Notes: generated by a model from the letters alone, not told the origin. Counted from the first letter of the stretch, positions 20,638-31,690 are shown. The stretch: 64,000 nucleotides of DNA from Moritella sp. (GCA_047628235.1 JBLHPA010000002.1:2070-66069), one strand, 5' to 3'. Translations and numbers: made by a program.

Positions 20638-21693
20638 TCATTCATTTACGCAAGTTGGTTTACGTAATAAAAGATAAATAAAGAAAGGTGAACCTAAACT
20701 CGCCGTGATCGCACCAACGGGCAATTCAGCTGTCGCAAACATATTGCGGGCAATTAAATCCGCAAGCAACAGAAAACTCGCCCCCAATAAAGCCGAGGCG
20801 GGTACAAGAAAACGTAACTGACTCGTCACTAAAATACGCAAAATATGTGGTATCACCAAACCGATAAAACTGATCACACCAGCCATAGAGACTGAAATGC
20901 CAGTAAGCATCGCGACGCAAACAATCAACTGAATACGCAATTGAGAGACATCAATACCTGCCTGAAACGCGCTCTGCTCACCAAACTGTAATAAATTCAG
21001 CGCATCAATACGGCGCATTATCCAGACAAAACTCAATCCTAAGGGCGGAATAGCAATATAGATGAGATCCGAACCATAGGCTAGGTTGCCCATCATCCAG
21101 TAGAGCATTTGACGCATATTGCTGTCATCGGAAAAATACAACAACCAGGTCATGATAGCGCCAGAAAAGATGCCGATAGCGACACCCAATAATAGTATTT
21201 TAGTCGTCGCCAGATTATTTTTTGTTACCCGATACAATAAAAAGGTAACCAGGCAAGCACCAGTAAAAGCAGACAAAGGCAGCACATAGGGTTGCAACCA
21301 GCCAAAACCGGGTAAGGCTTGATCCAACAGCACAATAGATAACACGGCAAACAAACTGGCAAAGGACGAGATCCCAATAATGCCTGGCTCTGCGAGGGAA
21401 TTGGCAAGCAACACTTGTAAAATACAGCCTGCCACAGCTAACGCTGACCCGACCAAAATGGCGGTCATAATACGGGGAAAGCGTAAATCAAATAATATCT
21501 GCTGTTGCAGTGGAGACAGGCCTTCACGGATATCACTAAAACTGATGCTAAAGTTGCCTGAGGCCAAGGATGTTAAGATGATTATAACTAAAATCAGCGT
21601 CAAAATAATCAATGTTATCCGACTTTTTTTAGTGCTGATGCGCTGTAACTGAAGCAAGTCTATCATGACATAATTACGACTAATGGAGGACAA
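20638..21693 (-). CDS. btuC: Vitamin B12 ABC transporter permease (start probably ATG 21666)
   Basis: LRFPR, NSLAEPGIIGIS, FIGLVIPHILR, AELPVGAITA FecCD/BtuC motifs. Confidence 0.85.
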   Translation of the reverse strand: MSSISRNYVMIDLLQLQRISTKKSRITLIILTLILVIIILTSLASGNFSISFSDIREGLSPLQQQILFDLRFPRIMTAILVGSALAVAGCILQVLLANSLAEPGIIGISSFASLFAVLSIVLLDQALPGFGWLQPYVLPLSAFTGACLVTFLLYRVTKNNLATTKILLLGVAIGIFSGAIMTWLLYFSDDSNMRQMLYWMMGNLAYGSDLIYIAIPPLGLSFVWIMRRIDALNLLQFGEQSAFQAGIDVSQLRIQLIVCVAMLTGISVSMAGVISFIGLVIPHILRILVTSQLRFLVPASALLGASFLLLADLIARNMFATAELPVGAITASLGSPFFIYLLLRKPTCVNE

Positions 21694-21712
21694 ATTGGCA
21701 AGGCATCTACTT

Positions 21713-21768
21713 CTACATAATTACTTAAGCCTACATAATTGCTTAAGTTGACTTAATATTGCTTAAGT
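21713..21768. repeat. 18-20 bp imperfect tandem repeat x3
   Basis: CTACATAATTACTTAAGC / CTACATAATTGCTTAAGT / ..TAATATTGCTTAAGT. Confidence 0.7.
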
Positions 21769-21818
21769 AAGACGTTTGCTAAACGCCAGATACCTTGTCA
21801 TGTTTAAACGGGAGGCGA

Positions 21819-22400
21819 CTAAATTGACTGACTGACAGCATCAATCATAGCATGTGGATAATCCATCTCTGCCATCAATTGGGTGACAATATTGCGTTTA
21901 CGCCCCGTGTTTGTATTCGTGATGACCCAATAAGGCGTATGCTCTATTTTTCGCGGTTTGGTTGTACTACCTGAGCTTAACAGCTCATCTTCTGATTTAG
22001 CAAAATAGATCCGCTTACGCCCTTTAATAGCCGTAGCGCCATCGAATCCAGCTGGATTTTCTGCATAAAGTACAGATAAGATCTGAATGAACTTAGTAAC
22101 AGAGACTGTTATCTCAGCAAACTGCTTACTTTTAATTAGTTTTTTGATATTGCTAGGCAATGTGGTGCGACTGACAACCGTTGGTACAGCGGCAGGCTGA
22201 GGCTTAGCGACAGTCGGTTCAATAGGGCTGTTCGTGTCAGTAATATCACACTGAGGCACTGCGACTTCAGGTGCATTGGCGCTACGTTCTACTGGTACAT
22301 TAAGTAAACGGCGTAAAATATCTGATGCGCTTTCGCCAATATCTTTTGTTTCACTAGCAATGTAACGATACAGATCGTCTTCAAGTTCAATCGTCTTCAT
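21819..22400 (-). CDS. seqA: Replication initiation negative regulator SeqA
   Basis: MKTIELEDDLYRYIAS..GESASDILRRLL; YWVITNTNTGRK. Confidence 0.97.
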   Translation of the reverse strand: MKTIELEDDLYRYIASETKDIGESASDILRRLLNVPVERSANAPEVAVPQCDITDTNSPIEPTVAKPQPAAVPTVVSRTTLPSNIKKLIKSKQFAEITVSVTKFIQILSVLYAENPAGFDGATAIKGRKRIYFAKSEDELLSSGSTTKPRKIEHTPYWVITNTNTGRKRNIVTQLMAEMDYPHAMIDAVSQSI

Positions 22401-22570
22401 ATCTAACGAGTAAATCCTTGCTTATAAATTTAATTTGATTATACATTGTGAATTCATTTCTCTCTATGCTTATCAGGCAAATATTCTACTCATGATGCAT
22501 TTATCAACAATTCATCCACGACAATCAGGTTACTGTTGCTGTAGAATCACCGTCAATAACGGAGAGAAAA

Positions 22571-23344
22571 ATGTTACTTAATCACAAAATATACGGCCAG
22601 GGTGATCCTGTTATCGTTATCCATGGCTTATTCGGTAGTGCTACCAACTTAGGTATGCTAAGCAAACAATTAAAAACTGATCATCAAGTGATTGCTGTTG
22701 ATGTCCGAAACCATGGATTGTCTGAGCGCCATCATAGTATGCATTATGATGATATGGCAAATGATATTATTCAGTTAATGGATCATTTAGCCATAAACCA
22801 AGCTCACCTGGTTGGTCATTCTATGGGGGGGAAAATCGCCATGCGCTGCGCCCTTAACTTCCCCCAACGAGTTGCAAGTCTGGTCGTTGCTGATATAGCC
22901 CCCGTGAGCTACCCTGCTCGACATGATAATGTCTTCCGTGGTTTAAAAAATATTCCACTGGCAAACATTAATAGCCGTAGCGAGGCACAAGAAAAATTAG
23001 CTGAATATGTGGAAGCAGCAGGCGTGCAGCAATTTCTACTCAAAGGCTTGCATAAAAATGACCAGGGGCAATATGATTTTTATTATGCGCTCGGCACCAT
23101 TATAAATGAATATGATAATATTTCAGATTGGCCCGATATTGAAAAAAAATATGATAAACCAGTGCTTTTCATCAAAGGTATGAACTCAGATTATATTACC
23201 AATACACACAAATCAGCTATAGGGCACTATTTCCCCAACGCAACAGCCAAGTTAATTCAGGGAGCTGGACACTGGTTACATGCTGAAAAACCAGCGGCGT
23301 TTAACAAAATAATCGTGGACTTTTTATTTAGTCATCAGCAGTGA
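22571..23344 (+). CDS. ybfF: Esterase YbfF
   Basis: HGLFGS, GHSMGG nucleophile elbow, GHWLHAEKP; divergent from seqA. Confidence 0.92.
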   Translation: MLLNHKIYGQGDPVIVIHGLFGSATNLGMLSKQLKTDHQVIAVDVRNHGLSERHHSMHYDDMANDIIQLMDHLAINQAHLVGHSMGGKIAMRCALNFPQRVASLVVADIAPVSYPARHDNVFRGLKNIPLANINSRSEAQEKLAEYVEAAGVQQFLLKGLHKNDQGQYDFYYALGTIINEYDNISDWPDIEKKYDKPVLFIKGMNSDYITNTHKSAIGHYFPNATAKLIQGAGHWLHAEKPAAFNKIIVDFLFSHQQ

Positions 23345-23385
23345 TGTGATATATTTGCACTGTTATACATTAGGTAGTGGTTATT

Positions 23386-23601
23386 ATGTTATATGAATAC
23401 ATTGACTTAATTGAATCTGTAGGCATCAAACTTTTCTTTATTACGCTATTTTTTTTGATTGGCATGGCAATTCAGGATGTGCTTAGAAAAGGTAATGTAC
23501 CTAAATTTGGGCGTATGGCTGTATGGTTTGTGCTCTGTTTTGGTATGGCAGGTTTTGTTTTTAAAGAAATTCTTATCACCGTCTGGGAAACCCAGATTTA
23601 A
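23386..23601 (+). CDS. Small two-TM protein (DUF2788-like)
   Basis: IGMAIQDVLRKGNVPKFGR; conserved position between ybfF and ybfE. Confidence 0.75.
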   Translation: MLYEYIDLIESVGIKLFFITLFFLIGMAIQDVLRKGNVPKFGRMAVWFVLCFGMAGFVFKEILITVWETQI

Positions 23602-23628
23602 TGACCAACAATGTTATGGCGAAATAGA

Positions 23629-23901
23629 GTGGCAAAGGAAAGTTCTGACAGAACTACGATTGACCTTTTTGCTGAAGAGAAGCGCCCCGGCAGGCCGAAA
23701 AGCAATCCTCTCTCACGCAAAGAGCAGTTGAAGCTTAATAAACAAAACCAGCTTCTTCGCGATAAGAAAAACGGATTAAAGCGTATTGAATTAAAAGTCG
23801 AACAAGACTTATTTGATGCGTTAAATATGAAAGCAAAAAGTGCTGATATGACTCGCAGTGATTATTTACAACTTTTACTGCAAACATATGTAGCAAAATA
23901 A
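23629..23901 (+). CDS. ybfE: YbfE ribbon-helix-helix protein
   Basis: (M)AKESSDRTTIDLFAEEKRPGRPKSNPLSR; GTG start. Confidence 0.92.
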   Translation: MAKESSDRTTIDLFAEEKRPGRPKSNPLSRKEQLKLNKQNQLLRDKKNGLKRIELKVEQDLFDALNMKAKSADMTRSDYLQLLLQTYVAK

Positions 23902-23929
23902 GTTTTATAACTATTAGGATAATTTAAGA

Positions 23930-24457
23930 ATGGCTAGCGTAGGCTTATTTTTTGGTAGTGACACTGGTAATACTGAAGTAGTTGCTAAAATGATCCAGAA
24001 ACAACTGGGTAAACAACTTGTCGATGTTAAAGATATTGCAAAATCAACAACTGCAGATATTAACGAATTCAGTCTGTTAATTTTAGGTATTCCGACTTGG
24101 TATTATGGTGAATCTCAATGTGATTGGGATGATTTCATGCCATCGATGGAAGAAATTGATTTTTCAGATAAATTAGTCGCTATTTTTGGCTGTGGCGACC
24201 AAGAAGATTACGCGGAGTACTTCCTTGATGCGATGGGTACATTACGTGATGTTATTGAAGCTAAAGGCGGTACATTAATCGGTGAATGGCCATCTGAAAG
24301 TTATGAATTTGAAGCATCAAAAGCGATGACTGATGACTCTCATTTTGTCGGATTAGGTATTGATGAAGATCGTCAACCTGAGTTAACGGCAGAACGCGTC
24401 AAAACGTGGGTAGAGCAAATCTACAATGAAATGTGTTTGGCTGAGCTAGAAGGTTAG
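23930..24457 (+). CDS. fldA: Flavodoxin 1
   Basis: GSDTGNT, GIPTWYYGE, FGCGDQEDY. Confidence 0.98.
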   Translation: MASVGLFFGSDTGNTEVVAKMIQKQLGKQLVDVKDIAKSTTADINEFSLLILGIPTWYYGESQCDWDDFMPSMEEIDFSDKLVAIFGCGDQEDYAEYFLDAMGTLRDVIEAKGGTLIGEWPSESYEFEASKAMTDDSHFVGLGIDEDRQPELTAERVKTWVEQIYNEMCLAELEG

Positions 24458-24479
24458 TTTCACAGACCCTATCGAACTA

Positions 24480-24512
24480 AGGTAAAAGAACCCTATAATG
24501 GTTCTTTTACCT
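24480..24512 (+). terminator. Hairpin after fldA
   Basis: AGGTAAAAGAACC-ctataat-GGTTCTTTTACCT. Confidence 0.6.
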
Positions 24513-24807
24513 CTTCATTTCTATGGCCTTTCAAAATACAAAAATTAACAACTCGCCGTCTCGACAAAACACGTCACAAAATGTCGCCAAATATTTAGAC
24601 CTGATTAAATTACGCTTGAAAATTCAAATAACGACAGTATAACCGTCCCAGGTCCCACTAGATAAAAAAAATTCACGGTAACATTATATTTTCTAAATTT
24701 AAATGCCCCTTTAACAAATATGAGGTTTATTGTTTTTGCGTCTCGTCATATAATGGTGCAGAATATAAATAAAATATACTCTTCTCTATTTTTAAAATGA
24801 GTAAGTT

Positions 24808-25233
24808 ATGACTGATAGAAAAACCGCTTTAAAAAAAGCAGGGCTAAAAATTACTCTGCCGAGAATTAAAATTTTAGAATTATTACAACTCCCTAGCAGT
24901 CAGCATGTCAGTGCCGAAGATCTTTATAAAAAATTACTCAAAAAGGGTGAAGAAATAGGGCTTGCCACTGTATACCGTGTTCTTAATCAGTTTGATGATG
25001 CTGGTATTGTAACTCGCCATTATTTTGAGGGGGGAAAATCTGTCTTCGAATTAGCGACTCAAAATCATCATGACCACCTTGTCTGCCTAGACTGCGGCCA
25101 TGTGATAGAGTTTCACGATGAAGTGATTGAAAGCCGCCAAAAAGAGATTGCTGCAGAGAATGACATGTCATTACAAGCACATAGTCTCTATTTATACGGC
25201 CGTTCACTCGATGGTAAGTGTAAACATAAGTAA
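24808..25233 (+). CDS. fur: Ferric uptake regulator
   Basis: LKKAGLKITLPR, GLATVYRVLNQF, HHDHLVCLDCG. Confidence 0.98.
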   Translation: MTDRKTALKKAGLKITLPRIKILELLQLPSSQHVSAEDLYKKLLKKGEEIGLATVYRVLNQFDDAGIVTRHYFEGGKSVFELATQNHHDHLVCLDCGHVIEFHDEVIESRQKEIAAENDMSLQAHSLYLYGRSLDGKCKHK

Positions 25234-25257
25234 TCATAGACTCATTAATCGGACAAC

Positions 25258-25284
25258 AAAAAAGGAGCCACAGGCTCCTTTTTT
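25258..25284. terminator. Bidirectional terminator between fur and glnS
   Basis: AAAAAAGGAGCC-aca-GGCTCCTTTTTT. Confidence 0.85.
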
Positions 25285-25319
25285 ATTATCCGATAGCTAT
25301 AACAAGCCACAAACCTGCG

Positions 25320-26978
25320 CTAACCACCCCAAGAATCACGCAAAGAAACGGTACGGTTAAATACCAGTTTATCCGCAGTAGAATCTTTATTATCAGCACA
25401 GAAATAACCTTCTCGCTCGAACTGATAAACACTCTCAGGCTTAGCTGAGATTAAACCAGGTTCAACTTTAGCGTTATTGATCACCACGAGTGAATCGGGA
25501 TTTAACGCTTCTTCGAGTGTATCAACTGCCGCTGAATCTGCCACTTTAAACAAACGATCATAAATACGCACTTCAGCATCAACGGCATGTTCGACAGATA
25601 CCCAGTGAATAACACCTTTCACTTTACGACCGTCAGCTGGATTTTTACCCAACGTCTCATTATCGTAACGACAGTGGATCTCGGTGATATTACCTTCACT
25701 ATCTTTAACTACTGACTCAGCTTTAACAACATACGCATTACGTAACCGAACCTCTTTGTCCAAGACTAGGCGCTTAAATTTCTTATTCGCTTCTTCACGG
25801 AAATCGGCACGATCAATATACAGCTCACGCCCAAATGGCAAGGTACGGGTACCCATATCAAGTTTTGGATGAGCCGGCGCAATCAACTGTTCAGTTTCAC
25901 CTTCAGGGTAGTTTGTGATGACCAGCTTAATAGGGTCAAGTACAGCCATCGCACGCGGCGCTGCATTGTCTAAATCTTCTCGGATACAAGCTTCTAACAT
26001 GCCCATTTCAATGGTATTGATCTGCTTAGTAACACCAATACGCTTACAAAATTCGCGCACTGAGGTAGCCGTATAACCGCGACGACGCAAGCCTGCAATA
26101 GTCGGCATACGAGGATCATCCCAACCATTGACATGCTGTTCAGTCACTAACGCATTTAATTTACGCTTAGACATCATGGTGTATTCGAGATTTAAACGCG
26201 AAAATTCATACTGGCGTGGACGACAATCAATTGAAATATTGTCTAATACCCAGTCATAAACCCGGCGATTATCCTGAAATTCAAGGGTGCATAGCGAATG
26301 TGTAATACCTTCGATCGCATCTGAAATACAATGGGTAAAATCATACATAGGATAAATGCACCACTTATCACCTGTTTGGTGATGATGGGCACGCTTAATC
26401 CGATAAAGCACGGGATCACGCATACACATGAAAGAAGATGCCATATCAATCTTGGCTCTCAAACAGCATTCACCATCAGCAAAACCACCATCACGCATTT
26501 TCTTAAAGAGCGCAAGATTGTCTGCCACTGAACTATCACGGTAAGGGCTATTTTTACCCGGCTTCTGTAGCGTACCCCGGTATTCACGGGTTTCGTCTGC
26601 ATTTAAGAAACACACGAAAGCCTTACCCGCTTGAATTAACTCAACCGCATATTCAAACAGCTGATCAAAATAGTTTGATGAATACCGTACTTCACCATCC
26701 CACTTAAAACCTAACCACTTAACATCCTCTTGGATCGAGTTAACGTAGTCAATGTCTTCTTTTTCCGGGTTAGTATCGTCAAAACGTAAATTGCACTGTC
26801 CCTGGTAATCGTCTGCAATACCAAAGTTCAAACAAATAGATTTGGCATGACCAATATGCAAGAAGCCATTCGGCTCCGGTGGAAAACGAGTATGCACATT
26901 AGTGTGTTTGCCGGAATTTAAATCTTCATCAATAATTTGACGAATAAAGTTAGTTGGGCGTGCTTCAGCCTGACTCAT
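25320..26978 (-). CDS. glnS: Glutamine--tRNA ligase
   Basis: [17 protein letters not shown]. Confidence 0.98.
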   Translation of the reverse strand: MSQAEARPTNFIRQIIDEDLNSGKHTNVHTRFPPEPNGFLHIGHAKSICLNFGIADDYQGQCNLRFDDTNPEKEDIDYVNSIQEDVKWLGFKWDGEVRYSSNYFDQLFEYAVELIQAGKAFVCFLNADETREYRGTLQKPGKNSPYRDSSVADNLALFKKMRDGGFADGECCLRAKIDMASSFMCMRDPVLYRIKRAHHHQTGDKWCIYPMYDFTHCISDAIEGITHSLCTLEFQDNRRVYDWVLDNISIDCRPRQYEFSRLNLEYTMMSKRKLNALVTEQHVNGWDDPRMPTIAGLRRRGYTATSVREFCKRIGVTKQINTIEMGMLEACIREDLDNAAPRAMAVLDPIKLVITNYPEGETEQLIAPAHPKLDMGTRTLPFGRELYIDRADFREEANKKFKRLVLDKEVRLRNAYVVKAESVVKDSEGNITEIHCRYDNETLGKNPADGRKVKGVIHWVSVEHAVDAEVRIYDRLFKVADSAAVDTLEEALNPDSLVVINNAKVEPGLISAKPESVYQFEREGYFCADNKDSTADKLVFNRTVSLRDSWGG

Positions 26979-27349
26979 TCCCTTACCTCAAAACAATAAA
27001 ATTTAATAAAAAAATAGCAGGCTATGATCTACCATAATGCCCCAAGACACAACCAATAATTGAAAATCTGCACGAGTAAATTTAAAACTAGCGCTCAATG
27101 ATCCAATTTAGGGCTAGTTAGTAACGAACCACTCTATTTTCATCCTATTTATAGTAACAACTACCGTCTTTTTCTAGTAATAACAGCCTGCTTTAGCCAC
27201 ACACGCCAGCCAATTTTTATTTCGTTGTCATCACATCACAGATCAAAATACCAACAAATAATTAAGCGTTCTCTACACTCAATAAGAGCCTATCAACCTG
27301 AGTATAAATAACTGGCTCAGCACGGAGAAAAACGAAGCATGGAGCAAAA

Positions 27350-27781
27350 ATGAAAAAAATACGCGATTTAGGAGGGCATTCTTTATTTCGAAGGTACTCT
27401 TTATTACAAACAAATAGCCTACGCGGGTTTACTCTCATCGAGATATTAATAACGTTGGCTATTATCGCCATACTTGCGGGTGTCGCAATTCCAAATTATC
27501 AGTATTTCACGTTAACGACACACCGCCATCAGGCAAAAATAAAACTGACTGAGTTGAGTTTATTACAGATTGATAACTTTAGCCGTACACGTCAGTATAT
27601 AGCTCAAGCCAGTTTAGCTGCTGATACCACAAGCAGTGAATACCAGTACACCATCAATCTTATTGGTAATAGTGGTTATCAACTAAGCGCGACAACAATA
27701 GGCAGGCAACGCGCCGACAGCGAGTGCCAAGTGCTGACCCTCGATAATAAATTAACAAAACAGCCAGCCAGCTGTTGGTAG
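27350..27781 (+). CDS. Type IV minor pilin (PilE-like)
   Basis: RG|FTLIEIL prepilin cleavage motif; C-terminal Cys pair (D..C..CW). Confidence 0.88.
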   Translation: MKKIRDLGGHSLFRRYSLLQTNSLRGFTLIEILITLAIIAILAGVAIPNYQYFTLTTHRHQAKIKLTELSLLQIDNFSRTRQYIAQASLAADTTSSEYQYTINLIGNSGYQLSATTIGRQRADSECQVLTLDNKLTKQPASCW

Positions 27782-27819
27782 GTATGGGTCGGCTATTTTA
27801 TTTAAGTAACAATGATAGA

Positions 27820-28329
27820 TTATTTGCTCGCAAATTCATCATTCCCTATGCTCAATTTGGTTGCATTGTTGAGCAAATTAATCAACAACATCGAGCGTTC
27901 TAGGCCGTCGGTACAATCATAAATAGCCTCTATACCTTTAAATGCACCTTGCTGAATAACAACCGTTTCGCCCTTATTAAATAGGGGATCATCAACACCT
28001 GAGTTATCACGCATTGACTGTTTTAGCTGTAACTGATCCACGAGGCACGCTGGTACTTTAGTATAGATATTACCAAATTTAACAAAGTCGATCACACCAC
28101 GCGTAGAGCGGATGCTGTTAAAGTTTGCATGCTGTTCGTCAATTGCAACAAATAAGTAATTCGGGAATAACGCAGTATCAACATGCACGCGTTTCTTGCG
28201 AATTATTTTTTCCACCTGCATCGTAGGGAAAAAACTCTCAACACCTTGATTTTTTAGATTATCAAATGCGCGGCGTTCTTCTTTTGCTTTGCAGTACAGT
28301 AAGTACCAACTTTTATTATCAAATGTCAT
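27820..28329 (-). CDS. rfaH: Transcription antiterminator RfaH
   Basis: WYLLYCK..LFPNYLF..IRSTRGV; KOW-like GAFKGIEAIY..DGLERS. Confidence 0.93.
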   Translation of the reverse strand: MTFDNKSWYLLYCKAKEERRAFDNLKNQGVESFFPTMQVEKIIRKKRVHVDTALFPNYLFVAIDEQHANFNSIRSTRGVIDFVKFGNIYTKVPACLVDQLQLKQSMRDNSGVDDPLFNKGETVVIQQGAFKGIEAIYDCTDGLERSMLLINLLNNATKLSIGNDEFASK

Positions 28330-28377
28330 CTGTTTATCCGAACAAACTAATCGATTGTTATTGTTATAATTATAATT

Positions 28378-28460
28378 TATACCTAAATAATAGGCTTTAC
28401 GCCTCATGTTGCCCGCGTCTCGACTCGTTCAGTTCCGCACGTCTGCGTTATTTGGGTATA
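28378..28460. mobile_element. 83-bp ERIC-like MITE upstream of rfaH
   Basis: Terminal inverted repeats TATACCTAAATAA / TTATTTGGGTATA (12/13). Confidence 0.6.
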
Positions 28461-28753
28461 CAGCTGATTTAATATTACCCCATATAAACTTAAATTAAAG
28501 CCCAAATCACAATCAAGTCAGAACGTCTGCATTGTAAACAATACACCGAATAATAGTCACCAAATCACAACATATCCAATACATAACAAACACATAATTA
28601 GTGCATGCACCCATATTTAGGTGATTACGATCCTACAAATGATATTTACACTTGAGTGATACTAAAAAAAACTATATAACTGGATATATTCACTGGCATG
28701 AACGTAAATACCAGGATAAAAATACAAACACAGATTTCAACACAGGCAAAAAT

Positions 28754-30196
28754 ATGAATCATAGTAATTCAGATACATTTATGGGCCATCCTAAAGGCTT
28801 ATTTCTCCTATTTAGTACAGAAATGATGGAACGCTTCAGCTACTACGGTATGCGTGCAATCTTAGTCCTGTTCCTTGTTTCAGTAACACAGGATCAACAG
28901 GCTGCTGCATTACTTGCAGATCCTGACTACCAATTTGGCATTCCAGGACTTGGCTGGAGCCGCGCCGATGCACTCGAACTTTACGGTACCTATACCGGCC
29001 TTGTTTATATTACTCCGCTTATCGGTGGCTGGTTAGCCGATAACTTCCTTGGCCAACGTAAGAGTGTATTAATTGGTGGAGTGCTAATGGCATTAGGCCA
29101 ATTTGCCCTTTTCGCCCCAGAGAGCATTTTACCGTTAAGCAGTACTGCTAGCCTATACCTTGGTCTTGCTTTGTCTATTGCCGGTAATGGTATGTTTAAA
29201 CCTAACATTTCCACCATGGTCGGTGACTTGTATGACGACGGTGATAATCGTCGTGATGGCGCATTCACTATCTTCTATATGGGTATCAATGCGGGTGCAT
29301 TCTTATCTGGTATCATTGTTGGTGCTGTTGTTGTTTATACTGGTGATTACAAATACGGTTTCTTAATGTCTGGTATTGCAATGGTTCTGAGTGTTGTACT
29401 GCAAAAACTATTTGCTAACAAATACCTCGGCAATATCGGTATTGAAGCTGCTGCGAAAAAAGACCTTGCTGCTAATAAGGGTAAAAAACAAACACTTACC
29501 AGTATTGAAGTTGACCGCTTAAAAGTTATCTTAATTCTTGGCTTATTCGTTATCGTATTCTGGGCTGGTTTTGAACAAGCCGGTGGTTTGATGAATCTTT
29601 ACGCAAACGATTATACTGACCGTATGATTGGTGGCTTTGAAGTACCTGTTGCTTGGTTCCAATCTCTGAATCCTTTCTTCATCATCGTTTTCGCACCATT
29701 AGTGAGCATGATCTGGATTAAAATGGGTCCTAAAGAACCAACATCACCGGTTAAATTTGCAATGGCATTACTCATGCTTGCTATCGGTTTTGTCTTCATG
29801 ATCATGGCTACCCTAGAGCAAGGTGGTGACTTGACAGTTAAAACCAGCATGTATTGGTTAGTGGGTGCATATTTCTTCCATACTATGGGTGAATTATGTC
29901 TGTCTCCTATCGGTCTATCAATGATCACTAAACTAGCACCACTTCGTCTTGCTTCATTAATGATGGGTACATGGTTTGGCTTTAACGCGATTGCGAATAA
30001 AGTGGCGGGCATGATTGGAGCACAAATTGGTGAAGCCGGCCCTATGGCTATCTTCGGTGGTATTACGGTTGCTGCTACTATTTCAGCGCTGATTCTGTTT
30101 GCTGTATCTAACAAACTAATCTACTGGATGCACGGTGCAGAAGGTAAAGCAGTTGACGTCATTGATGAACAAGATGCAACGGTAGTAACAGCTTAA
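28754..30196 (+). CDS. POT-family proton-dependent di/tripeptide transporter
   Basis: GHPKGL, EMMERFSYYGMR (ExxERFxYY), FYMGINAG, GELCLSPIG. Confidence 0.95.
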   Translation: MNHSNSDTFMGHPKGLFLLFSTEMMERFSYYGMRAILVLFLVSVTQDQQAAALLADPDYQFGIPGLGWSRADALELYGTYTGLVYITPLIGGWLADNFLGQRKSVLIGGVLMALGQFALFAPESILPLSSTASLYLGLALSIAGNGMFKPNISTMVGDLYDDGDNRRDGAFTIFYMGINAGAFLSGIIVGAVVVYTGDYKYGFLMSGIAMVLSVVLQKLFANKYLGNIGIEAAAKKDLAANKGKKQTLTSIEVDRLKVILILGLFVIVFWAGFEQAGGLMNLYANDYTDRMIGGFEVPVAWFQSLNPFFIIVFAPLVSMIWIKMGPKEPTSPVKFAMALLMLAIGFVFMIMATLEQGGDLTVKTSMYWLVGAYFFHTMGELCLSPIGLSMITKLAPLRLASLMMGTWFGFNAIANKVAGMIGAQIGEAGPMAIFGGITVAATISALILFAVSNKLIYWMHGAEGKAVDVIDEQDATVVTA

Positions 30197-30237
30197 TAGC
30201 GCCAACGCTTCTGAAAAATGTTAATTTAAAGAAATGT

Positions 30238-30269
30238 AAAAACAGCCCCACTTGCGGGGCTGTTTTTTT
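30238..30269 (+). terminator. Intrinsic terminator
   Basis: AAAAACAGCCCC-acttgc-GGGGCTGTTTTTTT. Confidence 0.85.
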
Positions 30270-30327
30270 ATATCTGCGTTTTTCATGTTAAACTTGTAGT
30301 TATAGCTACTAATGAGTCTAAAACTTT

Positions 30328-30873
30328 ATGAAACAATTTAATGAATTTATTCCCCTTATCGTCTTTTTTGCGATTTATAAAATGTACGATATCTACTACG
30401 CTACTGCGGCATTAATTGCTGTAACAGCTTGTACTGTAGCGATTAGTTTATTTAAATATCGTAAAGTTGACAAAATGCAATTAATCACATTTGCAATGGT
30501 GACTGTCTTTGGTGGTATAACACTATTCACTCAGGACTCCAGTTTTATTAAGTGGAAAGTAACCATTATTTACCTGATCTTCGCGATGACCTTGTTAATT
30601 AGTCAGTACATATTTAAGCAGAATCTGCTGAAAAAAATGCTTGGCAAAGAAATGGTACTCCCCGAGTATGTCTGGTCGCGCGTGAACACGGCTTGGTCGC
30701 TTTTTTTTATCTCACTTGCAGGGTTGAATCATTACATCGCCTTTAACCTGTCAGAAGAGTTATGGGTAGATTTCAAGGTGTTTGGTGTATTAGGGATAAT
30801 GTTAGTGTTTACGTTGATAACGGTGGCTTATCTTTACCGCTTCATACCAAAAGAAAACAGTGATAACGAATAA
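30328..30873 (+). CDS. yciB: Inner membrane protein YciB (septation protein A)
   Basis: FIPLIVFF..YDIY, FIKWKVTIIY, WVDFKVFG. Confidence 0.95.
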   Translation: MKQFNEFIPLIVFFAIYKMYDIYYATAALIAVTACTVAISLFKYRKVDKMQLITFAMVTVFGGITLFTQDSSFIKWKVTIIYLIFAMTLLISQYIFKQNLLKKMLGKEMVLPEYVWSRVNTAWSLFFISLAGLNHYIAFNLSEELWVDFKVFGVLGIMLVFTLITVAYLYRFIPKENSDNE

Positions 30874-31200
30874 ATGATTTGTTAAGTACTGCTTTCTTTC
30901 CGGAAGCAGTACTTCTGCTTTAAGGTACTATCCCCTAAGAATCAGACTTCAGCCAAAAACCTGCCGACTAAATTGTGATTAGGTTTGCAACCTCCAAAGC
31001 TTTAACAAAACTATTATGCCGTCCGTTACTTTTTTTAATAATCCCGACTACGCTTTGTAATACTAATTACACTTAGTCAGTGAGGTAAATATCACAGCCT
31101 TACTGCAATTGAGGACAATGACTAATAGTGGCTAATAATAACTAATAAGTTGCCAGTAATGAGTTATAGTTACAATAAATTAAATCATCATAAATAAGGA

Positions 31201-31572
31201 ATGTTAATGTTGAAAAAATCTACCCGCTTTGCACTTTCTCTTGCGATTGCCGCGCCTATGTTTCTACTCCCCCAAGCATATGCTGACCAAGAGCATCTCA
31301 CGATGGCAGTACCAACTGAAATGGCAACAATGGCCAACGACACAAAATCATTGACTGCATTAACGCCTAGCGTAATGCCTATTAACATAAATACGGCAAG
31401 CCAGACTGAGCTCACTGTTCTATCAGGGATAGGAAAGAATAAAGCCCTGCGCATCGTACAATGGCGTGAACTTAATGGTGAATTTGAGTCTACTGCGCAG
31501 CTGGCTCAGGTGAATGGCATTGGCAATGCAACAGTGGCTAAATTATCAGGATTAATTACCGTAACCAATTAA
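31201..31572 (+). CDS. comEA: ComEA-family helix-hairpin-helix DNA-binding protein
   Basis: Signal peptide; ININTAS..LSGIGKNKA..VNGIG. Confidence 0.88.
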   Translation: MLMLKKSTRFALSLAIAAPMFLLPQAYADQEHLTMAVPTEMATMANDTKSLTALTPSVMPININTASQTELTVLSGIGKNKALRIVQWRELNGEFESTAQLAQVNGIGNATVAKLSGLITVTN

Positions 31573-31596
31573 TATCGGATATATTAAAATAGCCAT

Positions 31597-31627
31597 AAAA
31601 AAAGCCTGATGGCATTGCCTCAGGCTT
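31597..31627 (-). terminator. Terminator between comEA and nadA
   Basis: A-run + AAGCCTGA..TCAGGCTT stem. Confidence 0.65.
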
Positions 31628-31690
31628 CATAAATTAAAATCTGTAATCAATTATTTACTGCACTAATTTAACTCGATTCATTCAGCCAAA

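Noticed and set aside
21694-21818. Cobalamin riboswitch before btuC
   Set aside because: Spacer is too short and AT-rich, with no B12-box
25180-25233. Fur C-terminal Cys variant (GRSLDGKC)
   Set aside because: This region varies among Fur proteins; core motifs are intact
29611-30114. Long antisense ORFs opposite membrane transporters (also 47796-48287)
   Set aside because: Codon-bias shadows of genuine genes
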